Of a stretch of 64,000 bases of DNA, positions 40,120-50,154 are shown piece by piece. The DNA comes from Octopus vulgaris (Eukaryota). Within the stretch, counting starts at the first letter, position 1, and every line of letters starts with the position of its first letter. A program made the translations under genes and the position numbers. Location: contig OX597823.1 of assembly GCA_951406725.2 (NCBI GenBank), positions 16,244,001-16,308,000 on the forward strand, in the 5' to 3' direction. Below the pieces are notes generated by a model. It was not told the DNA's origin and searched no databases. It saw nothing but the letters and a program-made list of their open reading frames with translations.

Positions 40120-40787
40120 GTAAAAGCACCATCCGTTCGTGTTCGTTGCCAGCCTCGCCTGGCCCCGTGCCGGTGACACGTAAAAGCACCGTCCGTTCGT
40201 GGCCGTTTGCCAGCTCTGTCTGGCCCCGTGTCGGTGGCACGTAAAAGCACCATCCGTTCGTGGCTGTTTGCCAGCTCTGTCTGGCCCCGTGTCGGTGGCA
40301 CGTAAAAGCACCATCTGTTCGTGTCCGTTGCCAGCCTCGGCTGGCCCCCGTGCCGGTGACACGTAAAAGCACCGTCCGCTCGTGACCGTTTGCCAGCTCT
40401 GTCTGGCAACCGTGTCGGTGGCACGCAAAAGCACCATCCATTCGCGTCCGTTGCCAGCCTCGGCTGGCCCCCGTGCCGGTGACACGTAAAAGCACCGTCC
40501 GTTCGTGGCTGGTTGCCAGCTCTGTCTGGCCCCGTGCCAGTGACACGTAAAAGCACCATCCGTTCGTGGCCGTTCGCCAGCTCTGTCTGGCACCTGTGCA
40601 GGTGGCACGTAAAAAACACCCACTACACTCGCGGAGTGGTTGGCGTTAGGAAGGGCATCCAGCCGTAGAAACACTGCCAGATCTGACTGGGCCTGACGAA
40701 GCCTTCCAGCTTCACAGACCCCAGTTGACCCGTCCAACCCATGCTAGCATGGAAAGCGGACGCTAAACGATGATGATGATGATGATG
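40120..40787 (+). mobile_element. RTE 3'-end-derived element (family C) with expanded internal array
   Basis: Array followed by GGAAGGGCATCCAGCC, CCCATGCTAGCATGG and a (GAT)n tail. Confidence 0.9.
40121..40620 (+). repeat. Tandem array: 8 units of 60-62 bp, 9 TAAAAGCACC-type anchors
   Basis: Anchors start at 40121, 40181, 40242, 40303, 40364, 40426, 40487, 40548, 40610; two unit variants. Confidence 0.97.
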
Positions 40788-41006
40788 TATATTTATGCAT
40801 GATACACATTAACATGCTTTTGCTAATGGCCTTAGGTGACCATGTAGTTGTAAGCAGATACTCACTTTTCTCAACTCTCTCATTTTTGATGCACCAAAAT
40901 ATCCAGGATATGATGGCTGGGAGGAAAGATCATACCAGTGCTTGGCAGAAAGTTTGAAAGGAAAAGTCAGTCTTGGAATTTGGTTTCAGAGCACAAAGAT
41001 CTAGAT

Positions 41007-41550
41007 CAGTGATTCCCAAACTTTTTCAGACTGCTGCCCTCTTGACACCCAGGCCACATTCCTATTGCTCCACCCCAAATAACCTATTTCTTTATTACCC
41101 ACAAGGGGCTAAACACAGAGGGGACAAACAAGGACAGACATAGGTATTAAGTCGATTACATCAACCCCAGTGTGTAACTGGTACTTAATTTATCGACCCC
41201 GAAAGGATGAAAGGCAAAGTCAACCTCGACGGAATTTGAACTCACAACGTAACGCAGACGAAATACCGCTAAGCATTTCGCCCGGCGTGGTTTCTGCCAG
41301 CTCGCCGCCTTTAAATAACCATCACAACGATAGACCCCTTTCTGAAGCAAATTCAAAGCAGTTGTATTTAACAAATAAAACTTAACCTAATAAACCCATT
41401 ATTTTGTTATTTTTCCATGAATTTCTACCCCATTATCATCCCACTTTTTACATAAATTGTTACCCCATTATCGCCTCACTTTTCTTCAATGCTCCTTGGA
41501 ACTTTCCACTGCCCCCAGGGGAGCTATACCACCCACTTTAGGAATCACTG
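41007..41550. mobile_element. hAT/Charlie-like MITE containing a SINE B insertion
   Basis: TIRs CAGTGATTCCCAAA / TTTAGGAATCACTG; no 8-bp TSD preserved. Confidence 0.7.
41085..41310 (-). mobile_element. SINE family B, full length, reverse orientation
   Basis: Reverse complement of 14309-14539; AAATAACC on both sides (41077-41084 / 41313-41320). Confidence 0.92.
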
Positions 41551-41685
41551 TTGCAACATATTCTAGCTGACTCTGACATCTTTATTAATATTTTTTTTAA
41601 AACATTTTTACTATTGTGAGAACATTTTTTTGTTTTTTTAACACTCAAAAGAAATTATTATTTTTTTTAAATTTTGTTTTCATAG

Positions 41686-41800
41686 CTTTAATTGTGGAGA
41701 GAATTGGCATGATCCTGTCAAGTGCAAATGGTTAAGGAAATGGATTAAAAAATGTGATGATGATAGTGAAACTTCAAATTGGATTGCTGCTAATACTAAG
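41686..41800 (+). CDS. ARIH1: ARIH1 exon (IBR end + linker): (C)[38 protein letters not shown]
   Basis: catag|C, AAG|gtatat; highly conserved ARIH1 sequence. Confidence 0.97.
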
Positions 41801-42381
41801 GTATATCTTTTCACTGAGTTCTTGTTGCATGTTAAATAATTTTATTTTCTGTTGATGAATATTCATAGAAAAAGAAAGTTAAGAATGATGCTGGTGTCAG
41901 ATTTTGGGATGCTGGATGTCAAATATAAAATGAAAGACTAAAATGAGTGGCAGTACTGTAGAGCCTCTCATCATGGAAAGATACAGTGATGATGATGATT
42001 CTGTATTATGTAATTATATGTTTATGAATTAAATAAGAATTATTTTTAAACTTTTGAATAATCTAGATTTTGTGTGCATATGTAAGTCTGAGAGAGCAGG
42101 GTTGTTTGCTTATTTTAAAATATCTTGTTTGCCAATTTACTACCACAACAAGAAGTATTGGAATGGATTCAAGTCAGTTTTTAATGTTTACGCTCCACTT
42201 AGACTTAGGTCTATCATGAACCTTAGGACTTAAAAGGTCAGGCCTTAAACCCCATGGCACATAAGTGACTGAGATTACAACATTCCCTTCTGAACAGGAT
42301 ACAAGTTTAATGCAGAGTTAACTTCGGAGCTGTTGCTAAGACTTATTGTAGCTCAGTAGAATGGAGTAATCTGAAATGGTG

Positions 42382-43124
42382 CTTATATTTACCTTTTGAA
42401 GGATTTTTCTATCTTCTTCACTAATTCAAGTTATACAGGTTTCACCACCAATCAAATGCATGGAGAAGCACAAAGGAAAGTACAAGGAAGGGCTGACTTC
42501 TTGCATGTGTAATGTCCTGCACACTCAGTTTTGCATTGGCACTTTTTAAGGAAGAGACAAAAAATCTTGCTTTCAAACTGGGCATATTTTTCATCAGGCC
42601 AATAACACATCTCACCAGCTGTCTGCACCTTGTGTGGACACTACAGAAGATCAGATGCAAGTAATAGAACTATTTCTTATACTGTATGGTGGATCCAGTT
42701 CAGAGTTGTGTGTAAATAAAACCCAGAAAATCATGTTTGCAGAAAAGAACAGACACTATGATGCAATCCCACCCATGCAAGGAGCTCCTGCACCAGCTCA
42801 TCTAACGTGCTACCTATCAAGCAGGACACACATATGGCACCAGGTTCTCCAGACAAAGCCAGCACTGTCATCAGCTATCACCTGGGGGGTGGAAAAATAA
42901 TGATGATGGCATATTCACTATTCACTGGACTGAACTAAAAGCCATAGCAGAACAATGCCAAGCACTTAAAAAGTGCCAATGCAAAACTGAATGTGCAGGA
43001 CGTGGCACATGCAAGATGTCAGCCCTTCCTTGTACTTACCATTGCATTTGATTGATGATGAAACCTGTATATCCTGAATTAGTGAAGAAGATAGTTGACA
43101 AATCCTTCGAAAGGTAAATATAAG
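42382..43124. repeat. Long inverted repeat (arms 42382-42550 and 42965-43124, spacer ~415 bp)
   Basis: Arms are reverse complements along their length, e.g. CAGTTTTGCATTGGCACTTTTTAAG / CTTAAAAAGTGCCAATGCAAAACTG; a few mismatches and one indel. Confidence 0.9.
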
Positions 43125-43429
43125 GCTATTTGTGTAGAATATTGCATAATGAATAATGTTTATTATAATAAAACTTATTTCCTGTTCATCGCAATTATTC
43201 ATTTTTAATGTTGGATACCATCTCAGATTCTGGTCACCATTTTCGATTTTCATGTTGACAATCATGCCTGTCTTAAAGAGCATGTTTTAAACTACAGGTG
43301 TGCCAGACTGCATATTTGTATCACCTTTTGGAGGATTTTTCTATCTTCTTCATTAATACACAGTAACGTGGGATAGATTTTGCAAATACTGGCAAGTAAT
43401 ACAGTTGATTCATAAAACTGAGTGATTGT

Positions 43430-44808
43430 AATGGTAAGGTAATATCAAAGTTGAATTGGTGGATAGTTAGACGGATGAGAGGACTGACGATGTGCGACTA
43501 TGAAACGATTGATGATTATCAATTTTGCAGAGCCTCTTGATATACTACATTTTTGGTCTTGTCCTCTGGAGCATAAAAAAAAACAAATGATTTGGATTGC
43601 CAACTCTTGAGCATGCTTCATACTGTTAGCCATGGGAAAGAAAACAGGTTCTGCAAGGTTTAGGCCTACCGCTTCCAAGGACTGTCCCTGGGCCTTGTTT
43701 ATGCTCATTGCAAAACTCAGTTTTACAGGAAATGACAGTCACTTGAACTCAAAGGGTATGTCGGAAGGAATCAGCGGTATCCTTGGTATGAAGACCTCAC
43801 CTCTTGCTTTGCCAGTGAAAATGTTCACCTCTAAGACTCTTGACATCGTCTTGATTGTAAGTTGTGTGCCATTGCAAAGCTTGGGTGGGTCCAAGTTTCT
43901 TAAAAGCATCACTAGTGCACCAACTTTGAGTTACAAGTTGTGCAGTGGGAGGCCTGCTGGTGCCAGGCTATTCAAAAATTCGCTGGTATAGTGCACAACT
44001 TCATCAGAGTTGAGCACAGTCATTTGACTTGTAGCTGCAACATTCACCAGGCAGCTGATCCAGGAGTTTAATGTTCAAATCGTCCACTACCACATTCTTT
44101 GGTGCTAAGATGGAACACATGGCATACCTGTGAATGCATTTGTTGTTTGAGTGCAGTCATAGAGCTAAGCTTTTTTCTTGCTTTCACGGTGGCATCACAT
44201 TCTTGTACTTCAAAGTTATTAGGGTAGGAGGTGAAGGCACCATTAGACACACATGTAGCTTTCTTTTTGTAGTTTCAAGATTGCAAGTTAAATATTTTAG
44301 TTTAAGTGATAACGAATAAAATTACTTATCTTTTAAAGAAAATTCGCATATTGTAGCTGGTGTTGTTGAGTGTTGTAGCTTATTGTAACCTGGCCATATC
44401 TCACACTGCGCAATAAAAATGATTAAGATGTTATGGCGAACCAACTTCCAAGTCATTTGGTCATTACATTGTGCCATATCCTATCCACAAATCCTGCAGT
44501 TGACTGTGTACTTAATGTGACCTTAGTCTGACATACAGGCGCTGCATACATAATTGTTTTCCTTTTGGAAAGCCGAGTTCTCACAAAGGTCACGCTGTTT
44601 ACATAAAGAAGTGCATGGTTGAGCCTTACAGAAGCTTTACTTAATTCATATCAGTATATGTGAGGTGGGGGCACATTATAGATTTTTATTGAAATCTAAT
44701 TCGCCTATAATTCAACTGGATGTTAGTTTAACATGTATGCAAAGTTTCAAGATTGGTTCTCTGGTATAAGCACCAAGACAGATGGGAATTGCCATTTATG
44801 TATATAGA
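43430..44808 (-). mobile_element. Helitron relic with PIF1-family helicase C-terminal fragment
   Basis: Minus strand: KVGALVMLLRNLDPPKLCNGT, VFIPRIPLIPSDIPFEFK, FPVKLSFAMSINKAQGQSL, with frameshifts and stops (~43530-44070); candidate 5' end A|TCTATATAC at 44808; 3' end not identified. Confidence 0.8.
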
Positions 44809-45176
44809 TGCAAAGAAATTTTGAGAACATAAGTTATTTAGCTTCAAATCATCTTGATTGAACAAACAAACGAATGATTAGAGGAATTCTAAACCTGACC
44901 AATTTCATCTTTGGGGGGTACATTTCAGACTACACTATCTAATGTTTTTTTTTTTTTAAGACAGTAAAGTGATATGAAGGAAATTTGGCTGCTATTATAT
45001 ATCAGACAATTGTATAGAGACTGTGAAATACCCCTAAATAGTGGAAATAGACTAGTTTCATTAAAATTTGAAGTATTTCAGAAATAATGGAGTAAAATTC
45101 CAGATATTTCATACTGACCAACTGAATTAACTAATGGAGTAACAAATAATATCAACCTTATTTCTAAATGAACATC

Positions 45177-45603
45177 ACTCTTTACTCTTTTTACTCTTTT
45201 ACTTGTTTCAGTCATGTGACTGTGGCCATGCTGGAGTACCGCCTTTAGTCGAGCAAATCGATCCCAGGACTTATTCTTTGTAAGCCTAGTACTTATTCTA
45301 TTGGCCTCTTTTGCCGAACCACTAAGTTATGGGGACATAAGCACACCAACATCGGTTGTCAAATGATGTTGGGGGGGGGGGGGACAAACACAGTCCCACA
45401 AACATATACACTCGTACATATATGTATATACATATATACGACGGGCTTCTTTCAGTTTCCGTCTACCAAATCCACTCACAAGGCTGTAGTTGGACTGAGG
45501 CTATAGTAGAAGACACTTGCCCGAGGTACCATGCAGTGGGACTGAACCCGGAACCATGTGGCTGGTAAGCAAGCAACTTACCACACAGCCACTCCTACAC
45601 CTA
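45177..45603 (-). mobile_element. SINE family A, full length
   Basis: Colinear copy with a triplicated tail repeat (ACTCTTTT)n on the + strand. Confidence 0.9.
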
Positions 45604-45751
45604 CAACATTATCACTTTTTTTTTTATCTTCCATGTTATTTTTTTAAATAATCAAATTTTCCATTGTTACCAACTAGGTTGCTATCAATTTTGATTGGAC
45701 ACCTCTTGTAATAAATTCCTAAAATTCTTATGTCATTTGCTTTATTTTCAG

Positions 45752-45882
45752 GAATGTCCCAAGTGCCATGTCACTATAGAGAAGGATGGAGGCTGTAATC
45801 ACATGGTATGCAAAAACCAGAATTGTAAAGCAGATTTTTGCTGGGTCTGTTTAGGGCCCTGGGAACCTCATGGCTCTTCCTG
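45752..45882 (+). CDS. ARIH1: ARIH1 exon (RING2/Rcat, catalytic Cys codon 45794-45796): [43 protein letters not shown](W)
   Basis: tttcag|GAA, TG|gtaatt; GGCNHM active-site motif of RBR ligases. Confidence 0.98.
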
Positions 45883-46054
45883 GTAATTAAGAAATATTTA
45901 TCTTTTGATTATAAAAAAAATAAGTGGAAAGTTTCATAAATAGGGTGTCAAAGAGCACCCTATTTAGGTTTATATTTCTACATTGTTGAAATTTTGCCAA
46001 ATTAACTTAGCCTTTTCTCCCTGTTGTCTTAAAAACCAGGCATATTATTGGGTT

Positions 46055-46266
46055 ACTCTTTTACTTGTTTCAGTCATTTGACTGCGGCCATGCTGGAGCA
46101 CCGCCTTTAATCGAGTAACTCGACTCCGGGACTTATTCTTTTGTAAGCCCAGTACTTATTCTATCGGTCTCTTTTGTCGAACTGCTAAGTAACGGGGACA
46201 TAAACACACCAGCATCGGTTGTCAAGCAATGCTAGGGGGACAAATACAGACACACAAGCACACACA

Positions 46267-46311
<45 letters not shown>

Positions 46312-46474
46312 GACGAGCTTCTTTCAGTTTCCGTCTACCAAATCCAGTCACAAGCCTTTGGTTGGCCCGGGGCTATAGTAGAAGACACTTGCCCAAGGTG
46401 CCACGCAGTGGGACTGAACCCGGAACCATGTGGTTGGTAAACAAGCTACTTACCACAGAGCCACTCCTGCGCCT
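46055..46474 (-). mobile_element. SINE family A inserted in the left mariner TIR
   Basis: Full-length copy flanked by TATTGGGTT on the left and TTGTCAAGAAAG on the right. Confidence 0.9.
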
Positions 46475-47075
46475 ATTTAATTGTCAAGAAAGTAATTTCA
46501 TTTTTCACAGATAAATAGTTAAAATTTTTTGAATGACTTTAGTCAATGTTATGGTTTTTTCCTTTTGACATTTGATAGCCGTTACTTTTGGCTTACTTTA
46601 GAAGCAACTTGTGTTTGATTTTGTTTACAGCATTTAGTTCAGTGTCAGTATTTCTGTAAAGGCAAGAAAGCTGCTGCTGCTACTCACAAAGAAATATGTA
46701 AAGTTTATGGTGTTGTTTGCTTAACAGAATGCACATGTCAGAAATGGTTTAAAAAATTCCGTTCTGGAGATTTTTCACTCAAAGATGACCAACGCTCTGG
46801 TCAACCTACTGAAGTTGATGATGACCGAATCAAAGCTGTAATTGAATCTGGTTGTCATATAAATGTGCAAGAGATTGCCGAGAGATTAAATGTATCACTC
46901 ACAACAATTGAAAATCAAATGTCTTGGACTTGTTAAGAAGCTCGATATTTGGCTTCCGCATAAATTGAAAGAGATTCACTTAAGACAATGAATTAATATT
47001 TGCAATATGCATCTCAAACGCAATGAAATCAACCTTTTTTTGAAACGAATCCTCACTGGTGATGGAAAATGGATT

Positions 47076-47515
47076 CATCATCATCATCATCATTATTTAA
47101 CGTCCGCTTTCCATGCTAGCATGGGTTGGACGGTTCAACTGGGGTCTGAGAAACCAGAAGGCTGCGCCAGGCCCAGTCTGATCTGGCAGTGTTTCTATAG
47201 CTGGATGCCCTTCCTAACGCCAACCACTCCGTGAGTGTAGTGGGTGCTTTTTACGTGCCACCAGCATAGGTGCCAGGCGAGGCTGGCAAACGGCCATGAT
47301 CGAATGGTGCTTTTTATGTGCCACCGGCATGGAGGCCAGATGAGGCTGGCAACGGCCACGATCGGATGGTGCCTTTTACGTGCCACTGGCACAGAGGCCA
47401 GTCAGGGCGGCACTGGCTACAGCCACATTCGAATGGTTCTCTTACGTGCCACCGGCACTGGTATCACAGCTATAAATTCCATTGATGTTGATCGATTTCA
47501 ATTTTGATTTCAATT
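47076..47515 (-). mobile_element. Family C RTE-derived element (4 array modules) inserted in the mariner ORF
   Basis: (CAT)n on +; reverse complement of the 40.6-40.8 kb tail; splits the transposase between KWI and YNN. Confidence 0.9.
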
Positions 47516-48315
47516 ATTTACAATAACATGAATCAAAAATGATCATGGTCCAAGCATAATGAACCAGCACAAACCACATCAAAAAGAAGTCATGCTGTCA
47601 GTTTGGTGGGATTACAAAGGTATTTTGTATTTTGAGCTGCTTCCAAGGAACCAAACCATCACTTCAGATCGTTGTTTACTGCCAACAACTAATAAAACTG
47701 GAGGAAGCAATCAAAGAAAAACGACCAGAATTGGCAAATCGTAAAGGAATCATTCCACCATGACAACGCAAGCCCACACACATCTTTGCTAACTCATTAC
47801 AAATTATTGAAGCTTGGTTGGGAAGTGATGTCACATCCACCATATATCCCTGACCTTGCACCATCAGTTTACCATTTATTTCAAAGTTTGCAAAAGTCTT
47901 TGAATGGTAAAACTTTCAATAATGATGATGACCTGAAATTGCACTTGCTTCAGTTTTTGGTTAAGGATCAGAAGTTCCATGAGTACGGAATCATAAAGTT
48001 GCTAGAAAGATGGCAAAAGGTCATCAAATAAAATGGAAAATATATAATTGGTTAAAGTTCATTCTTTGTATGACATAAAATTACTTTTATTTCACACTAA
48101 AAAACTGAAATTACTTTCTTGTCAATCCAAGAAATGACTATTTTTGATAAAATATGTACAAAATCTTTCTCTACTAGAAATCTAGAATCAAACCTCTGTA
48201 ATTCCGACTCTCTATTGAAATTTTATGTCCTCTGTTTAAGAGCTGTTATCACACTTACACACTTATTTCCTGTTGTGCATTATTTAAAGAATACTTCCAT
48301 ATTGTTTGTTTCTAG

Positions 48316-48373
48316 GTACAACTGCAACCGATTTGATGAAGAAGAAGCAAAAAAAGCAAGAGATGCTCAGGAG
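48316..48373 (+). CDS. ARIH1: ARIH1 exon: (W)YNCNRFDEEEAKKARDAQE
   Basis: ttctag|G, GAG|gtgaaa; YNCNR...ARDAQE motif. Confidence 0.95.
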
Positions 48374-48533
48374 GTGAAAAAACTACATTTATTTTGCCCC
48401 CCCACTTCCATACTTACCCCTAATTCATTTAGTTTAAGTTAAAAGATTTAAACAAGTGGGATATTAGGCCATTATGAGAGAATATGTAGAAGTCTTAGAT
48501 AATTCATTAATAAATATAACTTATATTTATCAA

Positions 48534-49042
48534 CTAGCAGTATCGCCCGGCGTTGCTCGGGTTTGTAAGGAAATAACTATATAAGCATTTTTAGAGAGTT
48601 ACTTCCCTTATAGATGCCAATTCGGGCTTTCTTAGCCATTTCTGTTTTGGTGTCTTCAAGCCATGAAGTTGTTGTTCTAAAGAACGCTGGTCTCCTTGAC
48701 AACGCATTACGACGTTGATTTCTTTACACTCCCTTCCCCACAGCTTCACGAGGGAGGGAAGAAAGGGGAGAAGCAAACAGGTGCAGCTGTGAGCGTGGAC
48801 GCCAACTCCGCCGCCATCGACACACGAAAAATTATGCATTAAAATGGAATAAAAAATGTTAAATTATTTTTAAAATCGTAGACTCATCGTTGACACGCGC
48901 TAATAGCCAGGACGGGCTCGATATGAATCACGACTATAAGATACCCGAATTTGGTTAAACTGCACCGCAAAATGTGAGAGTAGTTAGGAATCTAAATCGA
49001 AGGGGACAGACACTCACACAACTAGAGTTTTATATATATAGA
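48534..49042 (-). mobile_element. Non-autonomous Helitron
   Basis: Minus strand A|TCTATATATATAAAA...CCCGAGCAACGCCGGG hairpin...CTAG|T; no TSD. Confidence 0.88.
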
Positions 49043-49417
49043 TGTGCTTTTATTGAGTCTGTTTTCCCTTGAAATTTTATATCTTTGATTGTTGACAAAC
49101 AACTGTCACTTTTCCCTTTTTAAAGGAATATACTGCTTCATATGCTATTATCTAATATGGCATTTGAAAAGGGTTAACTGTGTGTGACTTTGCATACTTT
49201 GGTTGGAATGTGTGTACTTGTGAATGTCTGGTGCCCTTGACAGTATATGTTTGTGGACACTTGACTGTGTGTCTCTCTCTTTGCCCCCAACTGTACATTT
49301 TTGTTTTCCTTATGTTTGTGGGTATTGTTATAAATTTTCTTTTACAACCTTGTATAAACAACAAAATTTTAGGAACGTCTTTCTTTTTCTTTCCCCCTTC
49401 CTTTTGCTTTCTTTTAG

Positions 49418-49501
49418 AAGTCCCGGGCGGCGTTACAGCGTTATCTATTTTATTGCAATCGATATATGAATCATATGCAGAGTTTAAAGTTTGAACACAA
49501 G
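49418..49501 (+). CDS. ARIH1: ARIH1 exon (Ariadne domain): [28 protein letters not shown]
   Basis: ttttag|AAG, AAG|gtaagt; [18 protein letters not shown] motif. Confidence 0.97.
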
Positions 49502-49624
49502 GTAAGTGAATTTATGTGAATATAAACTTTTATTCTTTAATTTAAGAAATATCACCTTCTCTATTCTCTGGTTTTGGAAATATCAACCCAGAAACACCCA
49601 TCAAGTTCTTGACACTTATTTCTG

Positions 49625-50010
49625 ATATAAGGCCAGCAATTTTGTGGGAAGGGGACAAGTTGGTTACATCAACCCCTGTACTTGACTGATACTTATTTTA
49701 TCAACCCTGAAAGGATGGAAGGCGAAGTTGGCATTGGTGGAATTTGAACCCAGAATATAAAGAACCAGAAGAAATGCTACTAAGCATTTTGTCCAATAGG
49801 TCTGCAACAATAGTAATAGTGGGTTCAAATTTTGGCACAGGGCCAGCAAATTCATGGGTGGAGGTACAAATTGATTACATTGACCCCAATGCTCAGTTGG
49901 TACTTATTTTATCAAGCCCAAAAGGGATGAAAGGCAAATTTGACCTTGGCAGATTTTGAACCCAAAACATACAGACAGATGAAATTCTGCTAAGCATTTT
50001 GCACAACGTA
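49625..50010 (-). mobile_element. Two tandem degenerate family-B-like SINE remnants
   Basis: Repeated TACTTATTTTATCAA...GGATG.AAGGC.AA.TT...GAACCCA..ACAT..TGCTAAGCATTTTG block. Confidence 0.65.
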
Positions 50011-50154
50011 CTAACGAACCTGGTGCACAACAACTTGTTAAAATGGTAAAAGAGGGGACAATAAGTCAAAGGCAGTGATACTATCCAAAAGTACATGCAT
50101 ACTACATGGGATAAAATGGAAGAAGCTGCTTTTACAGACATTTCACTTTCCTTC

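Larger units (their letters stand above)
46046..48130 (+). mobile_element. Defective mariner (Tc1/mariner) transposon with two nested retro-insertions
   Basis: CQKWFKKFRSGDFSLKD, WLPHKL, FLKRILTGDGKWI, VMLSVWWD, HDNASPH, HPPYIPDLAPS motifs with stops and frameshifts; TIR TTGTCAAGAAAGTAATTTCA (46481) / TGAAATTACTTTCTTGTCAATCCAA (to 48130). Confidence 0.92.

Noticed and set aside
40165-40260. Identification of the module as a pistol or HDV ribozyme
   Set aside because: Only superficial resemblance (CGTG..CACG-TAAA; CCAGCCTCG.CTGG). I could not assign the full helix sets or catalytic nucleotides, so it is left as a test rather than a call.
40121-40620. CRISPR-like array or repeat-protein ORFs (180, 210, 143 aa on minus)
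   Set aside because: The segments between anchors are near-identical rather than unique spacers, there are no cas genes, and the context is a eukaryotic intron. The ORFs occur in all three frames because the GC-rich repeat lacks stops.
43445-43991. Host PIF1 helicase gene nested in the intron
   Set aside because: Intronless fragment with frameshifts and stops and a Helitron-type 5' end nearby; treated as a transposon relic.
47007-47234. Transposase ORF with a poly-His run
   Set aside because: The His run is the reverse-strand (GAT)n tail of an inserted retroelement, so the ORF is a chimera.
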